Source: a virus. From it: DNA of 64,000 nt. The stretch lies in the IMG/VR virus record IMGVR_UViG_3300009081_000012, positions 12,982 through 76,981 of that record; one strand, 5' to 3'. The translations under genes and the position numbers were made by a program. The first letter of the stretch is position 1. Every line of letters begins with the position of its first letter. Under the pieces are notes generated by a model, which did no database searches, was not told the DNA's origin, and saw only the letters and a list, made by a program, of their open reading frames with translations. Positions 8,130 through 17,874 of the stretch are shown here, one piece after another.

Positions 8130-8369
8130 ATGACTATAGAACACGTATCTCAGGTAGGAATAGCTGTTCTAACAGTGTGGTCTCTATTTTCCTTAGCTCA
8201 TAAACAATATAGGTTAGGGTTTATTCTTGGTTTGTTGTCTGAACCATTTTGGTTATATTCAACATATACCGGTGCACTGTGGGGTATGTTTATAGTGGTA
8301 GTATGTACAACTGGCAGTAATATATATGGATTATTAAATCATGGAAAGAAAAACACAATTAAAGGATAG
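8130..8369 (+). CDS. Small 3-TM protein, half-PnuC-like
   Basis: R.GF.LGL.SEPFW.Y...WG.F...N.YG pattern, similar architecture to 2332-2553. Confidence 0.5.
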   Translation: MTIEHVSQVGIAVLTVWSLFSLAHKQYRLGFILGLLSEPFWLYSTYTGALWGMFIVVVCTTGSNIYGLLNHGKKNTIKG

Positions 8370-8445
8370 ACGGTTCTGACAGAGCTCATCAGACTGGAAC
8401 GATTCGTGAAATCCCTTTCCAGTATGCAATAAACGAGGTATAAAA

Positions 8446-9408
8446 ATGAATATTATAGTTAAAACAGTTTTTGGATCGCGGCTTTATGGTACCTCTGGTT
8501 TTGGTAGCGATGAGGATTATAAAGGTGTATATATGCCATCTAAAGAGTTTATATATCTTAATAGAATACAAAAATCGATTCGTTATAACACTAAACAAGA
8601 CGATACACGTAGAAACGATGCTGGAGATGTTGAATTAGAATTCTATTCTCTACATTATTTTTTAACGCTCGCGGGCAAAGGAGAGACAGTCGCTTTGGAT
8701 ATGCTCCATGCTCCCGAAGATATGGTTCTAGTTTCTTCGGATTTATGGAGAAGAATGGTAGCCGAAAGACACAGATTCTATACAAAGAATTTGACTGCCT
8801 TAGTAGGATTTGCCAGAACTCAGGCGACCAGATATGGTGTTAAAGGTGATCGTTTAAATGCAGCTAAAACAGTTTTAGATTATTGTAAAAACATTCCACT
8901 AAACACCAGGTTGCGAGACGTGTGGGACACATTACCTTCTGGAGAACACATAGTGAAACATTCTAAAAATGAAGATGGTATTAGAATGTATGAAGTGTGT
9001 GATAGAAAAATCCATGAAACAGCAGCGGTTAGTTATTTACACGACATGGTCGAAAAAATATATACAGATTATGGTGTACGAGCAACTAAAGCTTCAAGGA
9101 ATGAAGGTATAGACTGGAAGGCTGTTTCTCATGCACTGAAAGCTGCATACCAGGTGAAGGAAATACTGGTAGATAGGAATTTAACATTTCCACTTAAAGA
9201 AGCAGAATTCATTAAAAAAGTTAAGAATGGTAAACTTCATTTCGAAGACGAGGTTAAACCTGTACTGAATAGTTTAATGGACGAAATAGAATTAATGACA
9301 AAAAACAGCGATTTACCAGACCAAGTAGATACCAGGTTTTGGGATGATTTTTTAATTGATGCTGTTGGTTCATACTTAGAGTGCGATATGAGGAGTGTTA
9401 ATAGATGA
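8446..9408 (+). CDS. DNA pol beta-like nucleotidyltransferase (T4 NrdC.11-like)
   Basis: FGSRLYGT...SDEDYKGVY (GS-x10-DxD) and DWKA.SHA motif. Confidence 0.85.
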   Translation: MNIIVKTVFGSRLYGTSGFGSDEDYKGVYMPSKEFIYLNRIQKSIRYNTKQDDTRRNDAGDVELEFYSLHYFLTLAGKGETVALDMLHAPEDMVLVSSDLWRRMVAERHRFYTKNLTALVGFARTQATRYGVKGDRLNAAKTVLDYCKNIPLNTRLRDVWDTLPSGEHIVKHSKNEDGIRMYEVCDRKIHETAAVSYLHDMVEKIYTDYGVRATKASRNEGIDWKAVSHALKAAYQVKEILVDRNLTFPLKEAEFIKKVKNGKLHFEDEVKPVLNSLMDEIELMTKNSDLPDQVDTRFWDDFLIDAVGSYLECDMRSVNR

Positions 9409-9555
9409 GTACTGTTACTATTTCAGAAATAGCATTAGTGTTTTTATTAACTAATCTGCTTTCGTTTTTTGTTGGTTATCTTGTCCGTAAAAGGAAATGT
9501 AAAATTGAGATGAGAGAACTATCTGAGAAATTAAGAGCAGATTTCATAGAAGAAT

Positions 9556-10302
9556 ATGACAACGACGGTGGATGGTAAAATGGAAATATTAAAAACAGAA
9601 AAACGCGATATAATAGTAATAGAAGCCTATGTGTGTAATAGTTGTAAAAAACGCATAGATGATCTAATAGAAATGCAAGAGATGATGAGGTGGAGAACAG
9701 TGTGTGGTTATGGTTCTATATTTGGAGATGGTGTAAAATTAAGCATGGATTTATGTCAGAACTGCATAAATAAACATTTAGGTGATTTTATAACCATAGA
9801 GGAAGAAACAACACTTTATACGTTATAGGAGAATAAAATGATGGAAGAATTTAAATCAAAATTTGGAAATAAGGTTACACACATGAACGGATGGGATTCT
9901 CCCGGAATCGACACCTCTATATGGTACAACATTATGTGTGATTGTTGTGACGATAGTCACGATACGGCAATAGAATTTGAATACGATAAAGAATGTAATA
10001 TGTTGTTTCTTAATTTTTATAGAAAAATTAACTATTCAAAACAATTCGGATTTAGGTGTGATGACGATACACTGGTAGATTTAATAAAAGACAGAATAAA
10101 AATAATATGGAACAGATTCAAAGATGCTACTAAGTTGTTGTTTACTGGTTATATTGAAATGCACAGTGAATTTATTTTAAAAGACAAACAACATATACAG
10201 GATTTTATAGATGCTCTGATAGAGGGAAGAGATTATTGTTTACGTACAAGAGATTTACCAACCGAAGATAAATCAACAATAGATGATGAACCAGGATGTT
10301 AA
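9556..10302 (+). CDS. Two hypothetical proteins (9556-9828, 9838-10302)
   Basis: Cys-containing ORFs in an operon. Confidence 0.65.
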
Positions 10303-10312
10303 GGAGGTTATT

Positions 10313-10735
10313 ATGAGCAGTTATGGAAACGTAACAGAGTTTATGCATGAACATGTACAACAGCTTGATATAGCTGGTGTGTGTTATGAAGCATTACGTC
10401 AGTATATGAAAACACAAGGATTAACAGAGGTTGTGGTTCCATGGGAAAACGCCTCAGCCCATACAAAAGCAACCATGGTTAAAATGATTAATGATCGTAA
10501 CGAGGCAAGAACTATGACAGATGCAAAAAAAATAACATTTGAACAAGCACATAATGATCGTGTCATTAAGCGCGCGGGGGATGGCTGGGTATATGGTCCT
10601 GTTTATGATGCTGAAAAATTAACAGATCCAAACATGTGTTCTTATGACGAACTGCCGGTACACATGAAGGTTGCTGATGCACTAGTCGGGGCTATTTTAG
10701 ATGTGTTGACAGACCCAAAATACAAAACTGTATAA
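10313..10735 (+). CDS. RyR-domain protein
   Basis: EQAHND...DGWVYGPVYDAEKLTDPNMCSYDELP...K..D RyR repeat signature; start after AAGGAGG. Confidence 0.8.
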   Translation: MSSYGNVTEFMHEHVQQLDIAGVCYEALRQYMKTQGLTEVVVPWENASAHTKATMVKMINDRNEARTMTDAKKITFEQAHNDRVIKRAGDGWVYGPVYDAEKLTDPNMCSYDELPVHMKVADALVGAILDVLTDPKYKTV

Positions 10736-10751
10736 TAGGAGGTATATTACT

Positions 10752-10985
10752 GTGTATTTTTCAATTGGCAAAAAAGTTAGAAGACAGTTTGGTGGGGAAG
10801 TTGAAATAATATATTTAGTAAAAAACGGTATAATACAAAAATGCCCTGAAGGTGGAAGTGAAGGATGTTCAGATGTTTGTCCATTTTTTACGTTTGACAA
10901 TCAAACAAAAAAATTAAGAATTTCATGCAGACCAAAAACTATGGATATTAAAATAGATAATTTCTATGAAGCTAATGAGTGTTGA
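10752..10985 (+). CDS. Hypothetical protein
   Basis: AGGAGG SD, GTG start. Confidence 0.6.
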   Translation: MYFSIGKKVRRQFGGEVEIIYLVKNGIIQKCPEGGSEGCSDVCPFFTFDNQTKKLRISCRPKTMDIKIDNFYEANEC

Positions 10986-10996
10986 TGGAGAATAAT

Positions 10997-11438
10997 ATGA
11001 AAATAGTTATAGTTAGCGGTTATTTTAATCCACTACATAGGACATATTGAGATGTTGAAATCAGCCAAAGCTATGGGTGGCTTGGTTTGTGTGATTGTTA
11101 ACAACGATATTCAACAAATTCTAAAAAAAGGCAAAATAATAATGAATGAAGAAGAACGTGTTAATATAGTTAAAGCTATAAAATACGTAGACATGGTGTA
11201 TCTATCTAAGGATGAGGACAGGACTGTCTGTAAAACAGTAACAAAAATAGCAGAACAGTTTTCTAACAACGGGTATGAATTAATATTTGCAAACGGCGGT
11301 GATAGAAATTGTTCAACGAGAGTTCCAGAAACAAATATATGTGAACGTTATGGTGTGAAAATGATCTTTGATTGTGGTGGTACCGAAAAGTTAAATTCAA
11401 GTTCTAACATTAATAAGCTATTAGGTAAAGAGGAGTGA
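10997..11438 (+). pseudogene. HIGH-family cytidylyl/adenylyltransferase, frameshifted at ~11039
   Basis: MKIVIVSGYFNPLH from ATG 10997, then cat-a-gga-cat continues in the 11052 frame (VNND, ERV.IV, FANGGDR, NSSS); 2 nt missing from HxGH. Confidence 0.8.
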
Positions 11439-11447
11439 TTAATAATT

Positions 11448-11642
11448 ATGCAAAACTTTGTACAGGATATAGTGTTTAGATGTTGTTTTACTTGCACATA
11501 TTCACGTCTAACATTAAGTAAAATAGAAGACGTTCGTTATGGTGAGTGTGATAATTGGTCACCAGTAGATAGACCCGACAATGTAATATATAATATGTTT
11601 ACATCAGCATGTGATGATTATATAGCTAAATCGCAAGAATAA
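11448..11642 (+). CDS. Small Cys-rich hypothetical protein
   Basis: GAGGAG SD. Confidence 0.6.
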   Translation: MQNFVQDIVFRCCFTCTYSRLTLSKIEDVRYGECDNWSPVDRPDNVIYNMFTSACDDYIAKSQE

Positions 11643-11659
11643 ACAAGGAGTTATATTTT

Positions 11660-12316
11660 ATGTTAAATCCTATGACGATAACAGCACGAGATTTACCTGA
11701 TGCCTGGTTTCAATGTCTTTATGCAGTTTTAACTTATGGTGGTAAATATGTAATAGATAGGGGCAGCTTTGAAGGACAACAAAGGCTTGAGTTTGATTAC
11801 GTTACTGTTCACATCAGATATCCAGGAACCCGTCCACTACTGCCTGACATTCCAGCACATTTTAATATACCAAATCCTGTTGCTGAAGGATATCTTGAAG
11901 AGTATTTACCATATCTGATGACCTCCGCAAAAAGCCCTAATGAAGATTATACCTACGGGCAGTACCTGGAAAGTCAGATTGCCGAGGTTATAAGGATGTA
12001 TAAGGAAGATGGGTACGGAACAAACCAGGCCTATATGACCGTTGGAGATCCATCAACCATTTATCTTGGAGATCCACCGTGTTTAAGAGGTATAGATACC
12101 AGAATAAGAGATGGAAAATTACATTTTATGGTATATTTTAGATCTTGGGATTTATATAATGGATTTCCTGCAAATCTAGGTGCAATACAAATGTTAAAGG
12201 AATATATGGCCGCTGAGATAGGTGTTGAGGATGGAGAAATAATAGCTGCAAGCAAAGGCCTTCATTTGTATGATTATGTTTGGGAGTTGGCTAAAATAAG
12301 AACACAGTTAATATAA
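11660..12316 (+). CDS. thyA: Thymidylate synthase (ThyA family, short type)
   Basis: YTYG, DPPCL catalytic Cys, FRSWD...G.PAN (Asn gives dUMP specificity), HLY. Confidence 0.85.
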   Translation: MLNPMTITARDLPDAWFQCLYAVLTYGGKYVIDRGSFEGQQRLEFDYVTVHIRYPGTRPLLPDIPAHFNIPNPVAEGYLEEYLPYLMTSAKSPNEDYTYGQYLESQIAEVIRMYKEDGYGTNQAYMTVGDPSTIYLGDPPCLRGIDTRIRDGKLHFMVYFRSWDLYNGFPANLGAIQMLKEYMAAEIGVEDGEIIAASKGLHLYDYVWELAKIRTQLI

Positions 12317-12328
12317 GGAGTAAATTTA

Positions 12329-12720
12329 GTGGAAAACAATATACAAGATTTAATAACTGGATTTAAAGAACCAATGGTGCTGTTTTATAATATATGTTCA
12401 AACATTAATTATAAATTTATAGGTGAATTTTTATTTATGGCGAGTTGTATTGCTTTGTTCTATTTGTTTTGTTACTGTTGGGTTTTGTTCTGTATAAAAA
12501 TAACACCTAATACAATAAATGAGGAGAAAAAAATAAACAAATGGATAGCACGGAAATAAAAAATTTAAAATACAGAAGTCAAGCCGAAATACTTAACATA
12601 TTAAGAAACTTTGAAAAGTTAACTGACTGTTCAGTATACGATGTAAACATATTAGTAGAAACATCACTTGGCAATGAAAACGGCACTGTTGTAGATGTGT
12701 CTTTAAAGGTTCAAATTTAA
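12329..12720 (+). CDS. Two small hypothetical ORFs (12329-12559; 12541-12720)
   Basis: SD-preceded ORFs; the second was translated manually (MDSTEIKNLKY..., 59 aa). Confidence 0.55.
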
Positions 12721-12744
12721 TTATTAATATAATACGGAGTTAAA

Positions 12745-13263
12745 ATGGCAACGATAACAATAATTTTATATACGTTGGTTATGTTAGCTATAGGTTTAGT
12801 AGCAGGGGCTAAATTATATAAACGAAATGAAATAAAAAACAATGTAACAAATAATGTGGTAAAAAAACCGTGGGGAGGATACACAGTAGTTGATTATGGA
12901 AAATCATACAAAATTAAATTATTAGGAATAATCAAAGGACATCGTTTATCACTACAATATCATCATCAACGTGAAGAACTTTGGGTTGTGCTAAAAGGTA
13001 CTGCTACGATACGGCTTGGTGAAAAAATGTATACGCTGAAACCTAAAAATTCATTTTTCGTGGCAAAAAGAGCATTACACAGAATAGAGAACAGACACGA
13101 TGAGCTGTTGATTATATTAGAAATTCAAATAGGTGATTATTTAGAGGAAGACGATATAGTAAGAGTACAGGACGATTATGAAAGAGATAGTAAAACAAAT
13201 GAAGAGAAGACATCAACAAAAAAGGAAAAACTGAATACCGTAGTACCAATCGATTTAATTTAA
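12745..13263 (+). CDS. Cupin of the mannose-6-phosphate isomerase type II (ManC C-terminal) family with an N-terminal TM anchor
   Basis: KPWG, LSLQYHHQREELW, HRIEN, EIQ.G.YLEEDDIVR.QDDY.R. Confidence 0.9.
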   Translation: MATITIILYTLVMLAIGLVAGAKLYKRNEIKNNVTNNVVKKPWGGYTVVDYGKSYKIKLLGIIKGHRLSLQYHHQREELWVVLKGTATIRLGEKMYTLKPKNSFFVAKRALHRIENRHDELLIILEIQIGDYLEEDDIVRVQDDYERDSKTNEEKTSTKKEKLNTVVPIDLI

Positions 13264-13438
13264 AGCAACCTATTGTTAAAGAAATCACTGAGTGGTGGTG
13301 GTGTATATCATGGTTGCTTTATGTTTTTATTTGTAATTAAAAAAAAGATTCTTAACTTTAACATTTAACCGGTTTTGCGCGCAATTAAAGTAACCTACTA
13401 ATAATAAGATGGGTTTAATAAAAACAGGAGTTTAATAT

Positions 13439-13957
13439 ATGAGTGTTGATAAGCACATAAAGGATTTTGCAGAAATAGAGCACCAAAAAACTTTAGTTTA
13501 TCAAATTATTAGAGATATTTTTGTGGCTTTTGAAGTTACAGATCCTGAAGATATGAGCAATATAACGAATGCTATATTAGAAAGCTTAGATAATCTAATA
13601 AATTTTAAGACATATCTAACCCACGAAAAAAGTACTTTTATAAATAACACAGCTGAAGAGTTTAATTGGAATAGGGAACATGTAATTAATCTATATTTAA
13701 TGTGTATGTTAATCTATAAAAATTTAATGTTGCAACGAGAGATAAATAATTTAAAGTGAGAGAGGGTTGTGTATATGGAACTTCCAGTAACCAAAAAACA
13801 ACTGAAAACTATTTTAAAGTTATTGTTGAAGTCAAGAAGAACTTTTGAATCTTTAGCAAAAGAAACTGGTATAGACGACAGTATACGATTTCCTTCACAA
13901 TTAAATTATGATCAAGCCGAACTTTTAATAAAAACACATAGTGGTTTTCTTATTTAA
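13439..13957 (+). CDS. Two hypothetical proteins (13439-13759, 13769-13957)
   Basis: SD-preceded ORFs. Confidence 0.6.
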
Positions 13958-13965
13958 AAAAAAAT

Positions 13966-14041
13966 GCTAGAGTAACTCAGTTGGAAGAGTACCTCACTTG
14001 TAATGAGGACGTCGCGGGTTCAATTCCTGCCTCTAGCTCCA
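13966..14041 (+). tRNA. tRNA-Thr(UGU)
   Basis: Acceptor GCTAGAG/CTCTAGC, anticodon arm CCTCA-CTTGTAA-TGAGG, GGTTCAATTCC T-arm, encoded CCA. Confidence 0.95.
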
Positions 14042-14084
14042 AACGTAGATAGATAGTAGATAGAAAGACAGGAGGAACATAGAT

Positions 14085-14460
14085 ATGATATTAAAGGTAA
14101 AGAGATATACAACAAAGTACAACGAACAGAAATGGTATAGATGAATTTATGTGCGGTTATTATGATCATATGAACATGTCACCTGAAACATATAAATTTT
14201 ATCTTAGTAGGCTATATCCAGATCATTTAGTGCCTTTGAATAAAAACTCCGCCGGAGTAGAAGTATATCTACCTTATTTAAATGATTCATTAATAGATGT
14301 TTATAAACAAATTCCACTATTTAAAAAAGTATCTAAAATAGATAGAAAAATAATCATGAAGGAATTAGGCAGAAAACTTAAAATACCAAACGAAATTATT
14401 GATCGAAATAAATATGGTTTTTGTGATGCGTTTTTAGACAAAAACAAGGAATCTGTATGA
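14085..14460 (+). pseudogene. Remnant of an asparagine-synthase-like (AsnB C-terminal) gene
   Basis: G-I-D-E-F-M-C-G-Y, LPYL, K.I.K...IP.EIIDR.K.GF; ATP-binding N-terminus absent and ATG 14085 is out of frame. Confidence 0.65.
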
Positions 14461-14660
14461 GTAAAAAATTAGGTAGATTAAATTTAGCAAGACAAACAGC
14501 AACCGCTTCTGGCTGGTTATTACATTATGATTTAGTAAAGACAAGAGAAGAAGGTATTAAATATGTCAATAGAGGTAGAGTTAGAATTAATGATATGATA
14601 GCTAGACCAAATGTGGGTTATTGTAAAGTAAAAAAGGAGGATATAAAGATTATAAATTAA
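14457..14660 (+). CDS. Small S4-like domain protein
   Basis: LV.TREEG..YV.RGRVRIND resembles the S4 motif. Confidence 0.45.
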   Translation: MSKKLGRLNLARQTATASGWLLHYDLVKTREEGIKYVNRGRVRINDMIARPNVGYCKVKKEDIKIIN

Positions 14661-14928
14661 TTTTGTTTTCTTATAACATCATCATTTAGATTGATCTTTT
14701 TAAAATACTGTACGTGGGGGAGTTTAAGAATGGTGAGAAAGATGTGTCTAAAACAGTGGATACGACCAACTATGTATACACCACCAGTACCAGGAGAAGG
14801 GGATTGTACAACATGTGTGGCGGATGAGGAAAACAAAAAATGTATAGGATATTGTGAAATAACAGTAACGGAATTCGAGGTGGTCAACTAGTTGTATTTT
14901 AAATTCTAACAAAAGGAGAATTAATACA

Positions 14929-15567
14929 ATGAGTGACGAAGAAGATGAGAAAAAAAGAGAGCTTTTGTGGCGTTCTAAATTTACAATTCATCCGATAATC
15001 TATAAAGCACAAGATAATTGTAGAAGAGATGTAAGAACATTTATTTTTGATAAGAGTTACATTTTAGAAAGATATATAGATCATTTTCATTTAAGAGCGT
15101 ACACCGATACAGATATAATGTATAAAATATTGATGTGGGTTATAGATAGCTTACAATACGTAGGTGACGAGAAAACAAGAAGACAACACGAATATTGGCA
15201 AAATCCAGAGGAAACTTTATGTACGCTGCTTGGTGATTGTGAAGATGGAAGTTTATTAATAAAATCATTATCTTTAATAGCAGGAGTTCCTGACTGGAAA
15301 GTAAAAATAGTAGCTGGAAAAGTTGCAGAGGGAGGTCACGCTTATTGTACGTACATTAGGGATGATGATACACAAGTTATTTTAGATTGGTGCTATTGGG
15401 CAAACCGTTTGCCTATAAACGAGAGACTTCCAATTGAAAAAGAAACTAACTATAAAGAAATTTGGTTTTCATTTGACAAAGAAAACGGATATGCATCAAA
15501 ACCAACAGAATACGGTGCAGGAAAAGTAGGGACTACTGGTGTTGAGGTTAAAGAATTTTTTGACTAA
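14929..15567 (+). CDS. Transglutaminase-like cysteine protease
   Basis: YWQ.PEETL...GDCED, GHAY, ILD (Cys-His-Asp triad). Confidence 0.85.
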   Translation: MSDEEDEKKRELLWRSKFTIHPIIYKAQDNCRRDVRTFIFDKSYILERYIDHFHLRAYTDTDIMYKILMWVIDSLQYVGDEKTRRQHEYWQNPEETLCTLLGDCEDGSLLIKSLSLIAGVPDWKVKIVAGKVAEGGHAYCTYIRDDDTQVILDWCYWANRLPINERLPIEKETNYKEIWFSFDKENGYASKPTEYGAGKVGTTGVEVKEFFD

Positions 15568-15582
15568 ATTGATGAGTTTATA

Positions 15583-15610
15583 TTGACAATTTCAAAAAAG
15601 TGCTTATTAT
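15583..15610 (+). promoter_or_regulatory. sigma70-type promoter of the glycosylation operon
   Basis: TTGACA-N16-TATTAT. Confidence 0.7.
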
Positions 15611-15642
15611 AAAATGTATAATAACAGTATAGGAGATAACAC

Positions 15643-16146
15643 TTGAACAAATTATGTTTAAATGTAGGATGTGGGGAAAAAACATATGCTTTTTATCCTA
15701 ACGAAGAATACAAATGTATTAATCTAGACAACAGGGCTCTTTCTAATGTTCAGATTGTAGGGGATGTTAGAAAGTTGGATTTTCCAAACGAACATTTTGA
15801 TTATATTTTAGCAAGCGATATAATCGAACATTTTCCAATTAGTAAAACAGAAAGTTTGCTTAATGAATGGGCAAGGGTTTTAAAGGTTGGTGGTATTATG
15901 GAAATAAGAACACCTAACATTGAGTGGATGGTTGTACATTATGCTCAAACAAGAGACTGTAAGTTTGTATCGTGGCATATTTTTGGCGGGCAAGATTATC
16001 CAGGAAATTACCACTATGTTATATTTGATAGATCTTTATTAAATGAGTTTTGTAATAAAGTAGGTTTGTATGAAGTTGAGTATGAAAATCTTGATTCTAA
16101 CTTCACACTAAAAGTAATTAAACAAGGTTATTTAAACGAGGCGTAG
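15643..16146 (+). CDS. Class I SAM-dependent methyltransferase
   Basis: LNVGCG, FD.I.AS.IIEH, RVLK.GG. Confidence 0.9.
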   Translation: MNKLCLNVGCGEKTYAFYPNEEYKCINLDNRALSNVQIVGDVRKLDFPNEHFDYILASDIIEHFPISKTESLLNEWARVLKVGGIMEIRTPNIEWMVVHYAQTRDCKFVSWHIFGGQDYPGNYHYVIFDRSLLNEFCNKVGLYEVEYENLDSNFTLKVIKQGYLNEA

Positions 16147-16149
16147 AAA

Positions 16150-17028
16150 ATGAATGTTATAGTTAGACCGGTATTCAACAGACCTGAAATGCTTTATCTT
16201 GCTCTTAAATATGAACAAAAAGCCAGAGAACATTTTGATGATGATTATTATACTATATTTGCAATTGATCATGGGACTTGTGATAAATGTTTTGATATAA
16301 TAAAAGATTACAAATACAAGCATGTTGTTGTAGCCCGCCCAACAAGATACAAAGTATGTGCTAATATTATGGAGGCTTTAAAACAAGCATGCACGATGGA
16401 CACAGAGTATGTTATAAACATGGAGGACGATCTTGTTTTACATAAATCATATTTTGAATTTGTTAATAAAGCGCATAACTTAGTAAAAGATAGAAAGTAT
16501 TCAGTTATCACCACGTGGGGTTATAAAGATTTTGGGGATCCAACTATACTTAAACAAACTGATTTTTCATGTGGTCCTGGTACTGTAATAAGCAAAGAGT
16601 TTTTTATAAAACACATGCTACAGTATGCTAATGCTGGATATTATAACAATTGGGTATCAACAATACAGAAAGTTAACGCGTTAAATAAAAATAACCCCAA
16701 TGCAAAATATACTGAAAAAAATGCTTTTACTCACTTAGATTGGGATGGTCTAATGAATAGAATGGTTGACTATGCCTCATACAGTAATGAGATATATGGT
16801 TATTCGTCTTTATGTTATAGATTGTTACATGTAGGATTTTATGGATTTAATAGACAGGGTGGAAAATTTCCGCCCGAATTAAAAACATTTGAAGAAAGAG
16901 TTGATTTTCTTGAACAAGGTATTTATAATCCAGATGTTTTAGCTCAATTAGATGGTGTTTATAAAGACTATTCTATATTTGATCCAAAATTAGATACTTG
17001 GGATGGTAATTTAATTTTAGAAAATTAA
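16150..17028 (+). CDS. GT-A glycosyltransferase (GT2/GT13-like)
   Basis: FNRPEML, NMEDDL (ExD), R..H.G..G.N. Confidence 0.75.
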   Translation: MNVIVRPVFNRPEMLYLALKYEQKAREHFDDDYYTIFAIDHGTCDKCFDIIKDYKYKHVVVARPTRYKVCANIMEALKQACTMDTEYVINMEDDLVLHKSYFEFVNKAHNLVKDRKYSVITTWGYKDFGDPTILKQTDFSCGPGTVISKEFFIKHMLQYANAGYYNNWVSTIQKVNALNKNNPNAKYTEKNAFTHLDWDGLMNRMVDYASYSNEIYGYSSLCYRLLHVGFYGFNRQGGKFPPELKTFEERVDFLEQGIYNPDVLAQLDGVYKDYSIFDPKLDTWDGNLILEN

Positions 17029-17040
17029 AGAAGGAGAAGG

Positions 17041-17874
17041 ATGCCGAAAATATCTATAGTTTCGTCCTATTTTAATCGTAAAAACGAATTATGGCGAACA
17101 TTAAAAGTAATGGACAAATCTTCATTTAAAGACTTTGAATATGTGATAGTTGATGATGGTAGTGATTATAGGCAGAGGATAGAAGATTTGGCTGAAGAAT
17201 TTAAATTTGTAAAACTAAAAAGAATCGAGCCGGCCGATAAACACCACATAAACCCTTGTATACCTTTCAACATGGGTATAGCTATGGCTGAAGGGGACAT
17301 AATAATACTACAAAGCCCAGAATGTATGCACATGGGAGATGTATTAAACTTCGTAGCAAACAATTCAAAAGACAATCAATATTTAGTATTCTCGTGTTAC
17401 TCATTAAGTCGCACATCGTCTAACAATCTGGAAAACATTAACTTTAATTTAACTTTACAAGATATAGAGAACAACACAACAAAAGCCATAGGTGGTTTTT
17501 CAAACAAGAGTTGTGATAGTGGTGGACGTTATGATACGTGGTTTGCTCACCCAACATATCGGCGTTGTTTAAATAATTTTTTGGTATCCATGCCAATGAA
17601 GGACATGCGCGACTTAGGAGGTTTCGATGAGCGGTTTGCTGATGGTTTTGCGTTTGATGATACTGATTTTGCGGTGAGAATCATGAAAAAGAAAATGGAA
17701 GTTAAATTTATAGAAAAGCCGTTTTGTTTACACCAATTTCATGAATCGGTACTAGAACATATATCTGATTTAAGAGTAAAAGAAGCTAAAAATAAAAAAT
17801 TATATGAGAAACTTTGTACATTACCTAATTATAAGATTAAAAACAGCTTTATACCCATCAAGGATAATTTATAA
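17041..17874 (+). CDS. GT2 glycosyltransferase
   Basis: ISIV..YFNR, IVDDGS, GGFDERF..G...DD.DF, HQ.H. Confidence 0.9.
   Translation: MPKISIVSSYFNRKNELWRTLKVMDKSSFKDFEYVIVDDGSDYRQRIEDLAEEFKFVKLKRIEPADKHHINPCIPFNMGIAMAEGDIIILQSPECMHMGDVLNFVANNSKDNQYLVFSCYSLSRTSSNNLENINFNLTLQDIENNTTKAIGGFSNKSCDSGGRYDTWFAHPTYRRCLNNFLVSMPMKDMRDLGGFDERFADGFAFDDTDFAVRIMKKKMEVKFIEKPFCLHQFHESVLEHISDLRVKEAKNKKLYEKLCTLPNYKIKNSFIPIKDNL

Noticed and set aside
11660-12316. dCMP hydroxymethylase and glycosylated-DNA hypothesis
   Set aside because: The specificity residue is Asn (G.PAN), as in dUMP-using enzymes, and the GT cluster looks like a multi-sugar glycan pathway. dUMP hydroxymethylation is not formally excluded.
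13966-14070. tRNA as a prophage attachment site
   Set aside because: No integrase, no duplicated tRNA 3' end, and phage-like genes on both sides.
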